From NCBI GenBank assembly GCA_951406725.2, contig OX597831.1, positions 70,122,001 to 70,186,000 of the forward strand: 64,000 bases of DNA, written 5' to 3'. The notes under the pieces are model-generated. The model did no database searches. It saw only the letters and a list, made by a program, of their open reading frames with translations, and was not told the DNA's origin. The position numbers were made by a program, and so were the translations under genes. The stretch comes from Octopus vulgaris. Lineage: Eukaryota. Each line of letters opens with the position of its first letter. Position 1 is the first letter of the stretch. Positions 54,871-64,000 of the stretch are shown in pieces.

Positions 54871-56721
54871 TGCCCATTTATATACGTATGTAAATACGTC
54901 TGCGCATGCGCGTGTGTTTGTGTGTGTACCCTTGTTTTGATATCAGGTGATGTCTCTAAGTGAGTTTCACCATCATATAAGCAATGTCATTCATTTCTAG
55001 TTTTATGTGAAAAACATTTCTGGCCATGAGGAAAATATTACTTTGCCTTGAAACAGGTGAGAAAGGGCTTCCAACTGTAGAAAATCTGCTTCAACAAATT
55101 CCATATGCGGTATGCAAGCATTGAAAAGTGGATGTTAAACGATGATGATGGTGGTGGTGGTGACGATGATAATGATGATGATGATGAGGGCAACGATGAT
55201 GATGATGATGTTGATAATGATGACGGCAACGATGATGATGATGATGATGATGATGATGGTTTATTGGCCTATACCTTAACATTTATCCGTATCCTTTGTT
55301 TAACCTCAAAAATCTATACTTCTAAAACAGGCTTCAATATTCCATTGAAAGAACAAACATATGGGGCGGTATTTGTCAATACCAATTTTCAAAAGTTGGA
55401 ATACGAAAATGACTTGAAGAGGATTTCAATTCAAAATGAAGGAACAAAAGCAAATATCAGTAATATTTATTGTTCTTCTTCAATATTCAGAGCACTGAAT
55501 ACATGCACAGCTCAACTAACATGATGCTCTGTTGTAATTGGACAGTTGGAATTGGATCAGTATTGTATATTTCTGCCAACTTGTTACCAGTTTCAACATA
55601 TCATGGGAATAACATCCAGTTAAGAACAATCTCTACTAATTGACTTAATACTAGTTTATGGCTATAAACTAGTATTAAAACAACATAATCTATTTTAATT
55701 TTCAGCAGACTTTTGACTAAATTGAAGATGGAATAATGTTTGTCCTTGATTTTTCAATTACAGTTCCTTATATTTGTATTTGTTTAATGAGAGAAAGATA
55801 CATAATAAGAAAGAAATTTATCGTTCAGTCTTGATAGATTCAATTGTAATCTCTTAATTCCCATATTATTAAATCTCATTGTGACAACTAAATTTGGCAA
55901 GTAAACAAATCTTCAAATTGCTAATGTTAATTAAGAAGACAAAAATCACCCAAGGTTAGAAGGTTACGTGTGAAACATCTATTAAGCAATATCACAGGAT
56001 ATGAACAATCTTACATAAACTTGCTAAGATGATAAATATATTTGCTAGAAATAAGATGTGTTGATGGTTTATTTTAAGATATTGTAGGTGGTGTAAGCTG
56101 GGGAAAGGAAATGTTGAAGTCCACTGAGTATTTAGGCTTGTCATTTCATAGATTCTGACCTGTAATTTCACTGGTAGTATAGACAAATAGAATTTCATCA
56201 GTTATCATCCTCATCATCATTATCATCATCACCACCACTAGCATCATTGTCACTAACACACCACCAGTATCACTGCTATCACCACCATCGCTGCTACCAA
56301 TGCTGTCACCATCGTCACTTCCACAACTGCCATCACTGCCACCATAGATCTACTCAATCAGAACCAAAATTTAGATGTACCAAAACAACAACAAGTTATA
56401 AAAATAACACAATGAGAACCCACTGTGTACTCTGAGAACAACAGAAGTACAGGAACACAAAACACTGCATAAGTGTCAAAACACTTGGAGCTGTACTCAT
56501 TTGATCAATAAAAGACAAGAACAATATGACAAATACAATGATGAAAATTAAAATAATGTTTCTAACATAAGCACTAGGCTTGAAATTTGAGGGAGGAAAT
56601 TAGTCAATAAAATTGATCCATGTTTGGCTGGTAATTTATTTTATCAACCCTGGAGAAATGAAAGAGGAAATGGCCCTGGCAGGATTTGAATACTGCAAGA
56701 CATTTTGTTAAATGCTCTGTT

Positions 56722-56936
56722 GCCAGTACCGCCTGACGGGCCCCCATGCCGGTGGCACATAAAAAGCACCCACTACACTCTCGGAGTGGTTGGCGTTAGG
56801 AAGGGCATCCAGCTGTAGAAACTTTGCCAAATCAAGATTGGAGCCTGGTGCAGCCATCTGGTTCGCCAGCCCTCAGTCAAAATCGTCCAGCTCATGCTAG
56901 CATGGAAAGCGGACGTTAAATGATGATGATGATGAT
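56722..56936 (+). mobile_element. SINE-like family D, inserted in a decayed family B copy (56560-56945)
   Basis: ggtggcacataaaaagcacccactacactctcggagtgg...ggacgttaaatgatgatgat. Confidence 0.8.
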
Positions 56937-56950
56937 TCTGCCAAACTAAT

Positions 56951-57193
56951 TTTTTTTTTTTTTTTTTTTTTTTTTTGTAATTGTTTCAGTCATTTGACTG
57001 CGGCCATGCTGGAGCACCGCCTTTAGAGTGGTGAAAGAGTACAGCAGGGATCACCACCTCCTGCCGGAGCCTCGTGGAGCTTTTAGGTGTTTTTTTTCGC
57101 TCAATAAACACACACAACGCCCGGTCTGGGAATCGAAACCGCGATCCTCCGACCGCAAGTTCGCTGCCCTAACCACTAGGCCATTGCGCCTCC
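56951..57193 (-). mobile_element. Chimeric SINE: family C head, family A tail, poly(A)
   Basis: C head 57193-57028 joined to A tail 57026-56981, then a T-run at 56950-56976; actaat on both flanks. Confidence 0.8.
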
Positions 57194-57227
57194 ACTAATG
57201 ATGATGATAATAATAATAATAATAATA

Positions 57228-57268
<41 letters not shown>

Positions 57269-57299
57269 AATGATAATAATAATAATAATAATAATGATA

Positions 57300-57334
<35 letters not shown>

Positions 57335-57350
57335 AATGATAATAATAATT

Positions 57351-59430
57351 GCCTTTCCACAACAACAAAAGGGGTGCTGCAAAGGATCATATGGCTGTAA
57401 AGATCAGCTACTGATCAATAAAGTCATAACTGAAGACAGCTGCAGAAAGAAGAAGAGTCTAAGTATGGCTTAGATTGATTGCAGAATGGCTTATGATAAA
57501 ATTCCCAATACATGGATCTTAGAAACACTAGCCATGAACAAGGTAGCACCAATAATCATAAAATGTATAAAACATTCCCTGAATAAATGGTGGACAGTGC
57601 TACAGCTCCAGACAAAGGAAGGACTCATAAAAACAAAGCCATCCCCATTAGAAGAGGAATATTCCAGGGAGACACACTCTCTCCACTCCTTTTTCTGCTT
57701 GACACTGATACCTTTATCTGATATGCTAATCAGAACTGGATGTGGATGCAACTGTTATGGCAAAACAATAAGCCACCTCTTAGTATGATCTAAAACTGTA
57801 CTCTACAAATGATAAAGAGCTAGAAACATTATTAGAGAAAGTACATGGATTTGCCAGAGAAATAAATATGAGATTTGGGTTACAAAAAATGTGCCAAATC
57901 AACTGTGAAATGAGGAAATCTAGTTAAGATTCAATTGTAATCTCTTAATTCCCATATTATTAAATCTCATTGTGACAACTAAATTTGGCAAGTAAACAAA
58001 TCTTCAAATTGCTAATGTTAATTAAGAAGACAAAAATCACTAGATAAAGCAAATGAAATAAGAGAATTAGACCAAAGCAGGACATACAAATACTTCGGAA
58101 TCAATGAACTTGATACAATACAACACACACAAATGAAAGAGAATATAAGAAAAGAATACTATAGATGAGTTAAATTAATACTGAAAACATAACTCAATGC
58201 AAAAAACAAGATAATAGGTATCAACATACTAGCCATAAAACAAGAAAAATAATAATAGGATTTAGAATGTGCCACCAAAAATCTGACATAGAAAGGTTAT
58301 ATATACAACATATGGGAGGTGGTAGAGGCCTTATACAACTAGAAAGCTATTACAAAATAAGCACCATGGGACTACAGAAATACCTACTTTAGAAGCAAGG
58401 AAAACTAATACAAATAGCCACATAACCCGAACAAAACAAAAAAACTGTTTTCAGTTTTTAAGGAAGCTGACAAATACAAAAAAGAAATCATAGTATCTAA
58501 CAACTATGAAGAAATAGAAGAAACAAACAAAAGCTGTAAAAACAACTGAAATCCAAACTAAAACTGGAACAGCAATGGATCATGATGAAGCAATGGCAAG
58601 AAAAGCCCCTTCAAGGAAAATCCTGGGTTGAATTAAACAGAAAAGTAATAGACAAAGCAAAATTCCAATAATGGTTGAAAAGCAGACTGAAGGATTTTTA
58701 ATGGCAGCAAAAGACCAAAGCCTTCCCACCAAGAATTAACAAAAATGTATAATGAAATGAAATACAAGTAACTTCAGAATATGTAGAGATGGATAAGAAA
58801 CAATAAATTATATTGTCTCTGGCTGTCCAGTCCTGGCTAAGAAGAAATATATTCACAGACACGACAGAGTTGGGATCTATATACACTGGAAGCTATGCCA
58901 ACACTATGAAATAACAGAAAAGAGATGGTATAGGCACACAGCAGTAAAGGTCACAGAAAATGAGAAAGCAACCATACACTGGGATATGCTAATACACACA
59001 GATAGAGAAATTAAGGCCATAAGCTGGATATAGTTGTCAGAGGTCGTCAAGAAAAAGGAAAGCTTTCTAATCGATGTATCAATATCAGCAGATGACAACG
59101 TTTCTCAAAAACAAATGAAGAAACTTTCAAGATACAAAGATCTAGAAATGGAGATAACTCGAATGTGGAGTCTAAACAGAAACAATTCTTGTCATAGTAG
59201 GCAGTTTAGGTATGATAAAAACTATTCAGACAGATGCAGAACAAAAACATCAGGACTAACAAGTATATATATCATACAGAACATAGCACTACTAGGCACC
59301 ACATACATCCTACGTAAAACACTTTCAATACAGTAAAAATAAGAGCATCACAACAAACCACAGCACATACCCAAAGCACAGAGAGCTGCACTCGGTAGTG
59401 AAGTGAAAGCAAGTTATAAAAATAAGACTA

Positions 59431-59433
<3 letters not shown>
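57351..59433 (+). mobile_element. 5'-truncated R4/Dong non-LTR retrotransposon (RT, CCHC, restriction-like endonuclease, 3'UTR)
   Basis: QKGCCKGSYGCKDQLLINK, MA*IDCRMAYD, RIC...ETINYIVSGCP, YIHRHDRV, FLIDVSI...KLSRYKDL; stop at 59336. (AAT)n arrays on both sides; many stops and frameshifts. Confidence 0.93.
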
Positions 59434-59473
<40 letters not shown>

Positions 59474-60033
59474 TCTTGCTCAGAGAAATGAAAAACAAGG
59501 TCATCGCTGTATGTTTGAAGTGACTCAAACTTCTCTTGAAATCAAAACTCAAGTTAAGGAACCTAGTTACTGCCTTCAACATATGGGCTGTTTCAGCCGG
59601 GTTGGTAACGAAAGGGTTAAACATTGATGAGACACAGGAAGAAAGACCTGGACCAATTTCGCAGAGGATCTAGAAAAGCGACTGTACATAAACCAGTAAG
59701 AGCGCCTCCACAAGAAGCAATGAGAGAGCTTCTCCATGAACAAAGCAAAGAGATTCTAGATAAGCCAACTGAGAAGGTTTTATCTTGTTGCTTAATCCAT
59801 TGTAGAAAGCAGCCCATCAAATCTCACCTTCCTATTTTAAAAAAGAAAGATGCAATAATGATGCAGTTCTCAATAAACTATGCCTATAAAAGAAAGAGAG
59901 GATGGCCATGGTTGGGGTTCTATTGATCATAGGTCTGCTCAACCACGACTGACCTGAAACTATGCAGGAACAATACGTTGGATTCATCTATGATGTATGG
60001 TAGTTTACATTAATTTCATAATAAGGAGATAAC

Positions 60034-60073
<40 letters not shown>

Positions 60074-60861
60074 CAATGTATACACATGAACACTCACAAG
60101 TATGTACACACACATATGTAATATTTATTCATCTTCATCTGATATACAAGATAACTGATATTATGATAACACGATTTTATTATTGTTTTCTAGTTTATTT
60201 CTCATTCATTTAAAATCCAACTGCATGATTTAATTTATCAATCTCATTCATGTACATGTGTATAATAGGTTTATCCATTTATAATACTCAAATGATCTAC
60301 TAATATCAAACAATTATGTATATATATATATATATACACACACACACATGTATACACATGCACACACATGTACCCACATGCATGTGCATGAACGCACACA
60401 AATATGCATGCACATGCACATGAGTGCACATGTGCATATGTATATAAGAACATGGACCAAAGAAAATTAGTATTTCATACATGTAGTAGAATTTATTTAT
60501 TCATTTATTCAAAATAAACATCTTCTCTCTATTAATATTCACATTTTCCCATTCCATAGAAATTTGCCTAGGCAACACATCTAAGGAAAAAACTACTTGG
60601 AGCAGCAACAGAATGAATCATTAGTTTCTAATATACACCCACCATACCACACACATACATGCACAGATGCATATGAGTGTGTACATATGTGTGTGTGTGC
60701 CGATAATTGCTTAGCTGGCTGAAACTTTGAAGTCACTGTCAACAACATTCTTGTTTAAGAATAATATATGTGTGTATGTGTATGTTTGTATGTATGTGTA
60801 TATATGTGTATGGATAAATCTATCTATCTATCTATCTATCCCCCCCTCTCTCTCTCTCTAA

Positions 60862-60907
<46 letters not shown>

Positions 60908-60977
60908 GATGTAATAACAAAGAATCGGGAGATTAATACAAGTGAATATTTTTTTATTTTTGCCGTTCATTGTACAG

Positions 60978-61125
60978 CATACTTGAATTAAATGTGTCCA
61001 TCGAAAGTTTCTCCTGCGTAGACATCTCACATATTGCATATGCACCAATGGAAACAAGCAGTGGAAGGAAATCAACGATTACAAATCCTAACTTAACTGG
61101 ACCAGAAACAGTAACGTTAGACGAG
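60978..61125 (+). CDS. Candidate exon, unknown product
   Basis: T-rich tract plus tacag acceptor; open frame ILELNVSIESFSCVDISHIAYAPMETSSGRKSTITNPNLTGPETVTLDE, then gttaagt or read-through to the stop at 61173. No homology recognised. Confidence 0.3.
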
Positions 61126-62312
61126 GTTAAGTCAGATGGAATTTTGCAATTTTATATTGGGCATGCTTGTTGAATTTCAAGCTGAGACTGGCAAATCTTT
61201 TAGCTTCATTTAGAAATAGAAAGAAAATGCACAGCACAAGCTTAAGTGTGTTTATCTTGTCCCTAATAAATAGACGCTCTAACTTTAAGATTGAATGGCT
61301 GAGCATTACATAATCAGGGGAAAAAAGATGCAATTTATGCATAGAAGAAACATTCTATATTTTTACGTCTAAACACCAGTTGCTTAATAGTAGGTAGGAA
61401 CAGACCCTAAGGTGTATGTACCTTTCCAGAATGGCATTCCAGTACTTCCAGAGAACGGATTGTAATTAAGTAATATATCTAGTTTGTCTATATCAGGCAG
61501 TAATCAGTAATCTCCATAAATAAAACTACATATTTGAAAATTCTTGCTACACGTATAAAATAACGAAATTAGATGTAAATTAAAACTTCATTTATATTAA
61601 GTATGATTCGGGTTGGCCACACAAGTCAGTTCTACATATCTAATATATTTAAATTATATTTGAATTAGTGACCAGTAATTGTAGCCAATATCTCTGAAAC
61701 CCATTAAATCCTAATTCAACTAAGACTAATGCCTAATGAATCATTCTCTGACCTAATTCAAGTTCTAGCATTCTTGATTTGAAATACAAAATAGGGCCGT
61801 TATAGGGTCAACGTGACAGAAGTTTTTATAACCATATCAATTTTGCAAGTTTTCCTTTCACACTCTTTGCCCTCAAAATCTATAGTCACTGTCACATCTA
61901 AACCTTAATAAAGGGTTTAGTTAAGCCTACATACCCTTAGTTTGCATCAGACTTTGTCAGAGGATGGATATTGAATAAAGTTGCATAGACCAGATGAATA
62001 TAATTGGATGCAAATGCAAACGGGAGTCGGACACATTTAAATCAAATATGCAGTATAACTGACTGTAGAAATAAAAGAAAATTACAGATGTATTCATTTT
62101 AATTGTTTTGGATATACATTCTGTAAACTATTTATAATCCAGAAAAGGGAACAAGGATTTACCCATCGGATGAAATATATTGAGACTGCCTATCCAAAGT
62201 AATCCTATGTGCTCATTACCATTGGATGTAGTTAGCCGCAACTTGGATTATAACTGAGTGGTTGAATGGTACCCACCTAGATAATTTATCCCTATCTACT
62301 CACTACACACAA

Positions 62313-62349
<37 letters not shown>

Positions 62350-62354
62350 CACAC

Positions 62355-62399
<45 letters not shown>

Positions 62400-62407
<8 letters not shown>

Positions 62408-63400
62408 CATGGAGAGACGTGTATTCCCACGCAGGAAAAAATATAGGAAAATTTGTTCTGTTGTTTGAAAATGCACCTGAATCTCCAAACGTGTAGTCGT
62501 TTTTAAATTTTGTAATAGATTTATTCAAATATGAAGCTGGTTTCGACAATTTTTTGCCTATCAATAGTGAAAATAAATAAAGGGTTTAAGAGAGTTTAAA
62601 GTTACGAAGTAAAGTTCGTAAAAATATGTTTAAACGATCAAATGTTCACAGAAATTTCAATGAGATTCGCAGTGATAGACAGTAATACAAGTTTGAATGT
62701 TCAGTGAAGATCATAACAAATATACAAGACTGAAAGTTCCGTCGAATTGAGTTTTTATTAAAATAAGAAAAAGCGGAGGAGAAAGAGAAAAGGATGGAAA
62801 GAAAGTTTTGTTTACAATTTCTGTCGTAGTGCATGAAGGAGTTCTTTTCTGAATTTCAGTCGCAGTACATGAGTTCTTTCACGTTCTTCACTTGTTAGAA
62901 TTGGTGATATTTTAAGTAAAGTGCGTTTGATATAAATGTTTTTTTATGGTTAAAGATCAAGTTTTGATTGGCTGCAAATTTGACGACGCGTTTTGTTTTT
63001 CACGTGGGTATTTTTGCTTTGGCAAAATCCAGCGTTCTGGTTGGTTGACTTCCTGGTGACGTCATTTATTTGTCGAACGTTTTCATTCCTTGTTGACTAC
63101 GACAAAGGATCAAGTCCTGATTGATTGTAAAGTATATTGACATTTATTTTGGTCAAATATTTTCGTTTTAGTGAAAATATTCAGCTTTCTAGTAGGTTGA
63201 CTTCCTGGTGAGAACTTGGTTTTTGCCTGATTATCATCTAGCGTTCTGGTTCGTTGGTTCCCTTATGAAGCCACTGGTTCGGTTGACTGTCTGGTTTTGA
63301 CCTGAAAAAATCTCACTGGTTTAGTCTGGGGTGACATCAGTAACTGGCGTTTGAAAACGTGTAAGTTTTTATTGTACAATAGTTTGGAGTTGGGCTTTCA
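62400..63400. promoter_or_regulatory. CpG-retaining promoter-like region
   Basis: Roughly 30 CpGs in ~1 kb of unique AT-rich DNA (count by eye). Inverted CCAAT (gattggct ~62965), E-box cacgtg (63001), CRE tgacgtca (63057) and ETS-like acttcctg twice (63048, 63200). Confidence 0.55.
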
Positions 63401-63551
63401 AATCTCCGAGGAACCCTGTTACTTAAACTTTTTGATTTATATTTGTTTTTCTCAGTCCATGAATAAATTAGGTGTTTTCTCTCTGTGTTATTATCGGATA
63501 TTTAATTGTGATTCACATAATGTGTGTTGTTGTTGTTGTTATTATTATTAT

Positions 63552-63901
63552 TGAGTGAGAGAGCAGTGCATGCCATCAAAGTGACACTGGGGTAAAATAT
63601 ATGAAGCCCAGTATACCGATCATGACTACCTGTCTGATAAGAGTACACTAGGCACATGCATCACAACCATATGTGCGCGACATGGTGATCTCATTTCAAG
63701 ATAAACAGCACATGACCTTGCTGGTGGGGCCCAGTTAGAATTTTCTTGTAGTCGAGTAGCCCATCCCACTCAAAAGGTCCTTGAATAAGAATTGTTTAAG
63801 GATGTTGAATGAACCACCCAAAGGTTTCATTATCCAAACCTCTGAGAATTCCTTTCAACACATGGCTATGATGCTCCCCCACTACTTCTGCTTGTGGTCA
63901 G
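63552..63901 (-). mobile_element. Family E element, truncated
   Basis: Starts after (TGT)n(TAT)n with tgagtgagagagcagtgcatgcc. Confidence 0.85.
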
Positions 63902-64000
63902 TGCCAAGCCAAGGAGGACAGAACCTCATGGTTGGAGGGACAATATAGAAGGTAGAAGAAGGTCAGTACCAGAATAACTTTTGAAAAGTGTGTAGTGTCA

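Overview
AT-rich, microsatellite-dense eukaryotic DNA. The repeat content looks like a cephalopod, probably Octopus (inference). It is intronic or intergenic, and I cannot identify any intact protein-coding gene; most ORF-track entries are translated microsatellites or SINEs. DNA transposons present: a near-complete Tc1-like element with DD36E spacing, two mariner relics, a piggyBac transposase relic, TTAA/TA/8-bp-TSD MITEs and a Helentron-like element carrying a gypsy integrase fragment. Retroelements present: R4/Dong LINE fragments in (TAA)n arrays, RTE and CR1-like fragments, at least four SINE families and Penelope-type repeats with hammerhead ribozyme motifs. Best leads: (i) a ~550-bp non-coding element found only at (TAA)n arrays next to R4/Dong copies, a candidate site-specific non-autonomous partner; (ii) tandem and inverted hammerhead motifs; (iii) three local template-switch events, including a perfect 114-bp templated insertion into a decayed LINE; (iv) one SINE head carrying three different tails; (v) a CpG-retaining promoter-like island at ~62.4-63.4 kb against CpG-decayed transposons elsewhere. 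SINE family letters A-E are my working labels. Coordinates were read by eye and may be off by a few bases.
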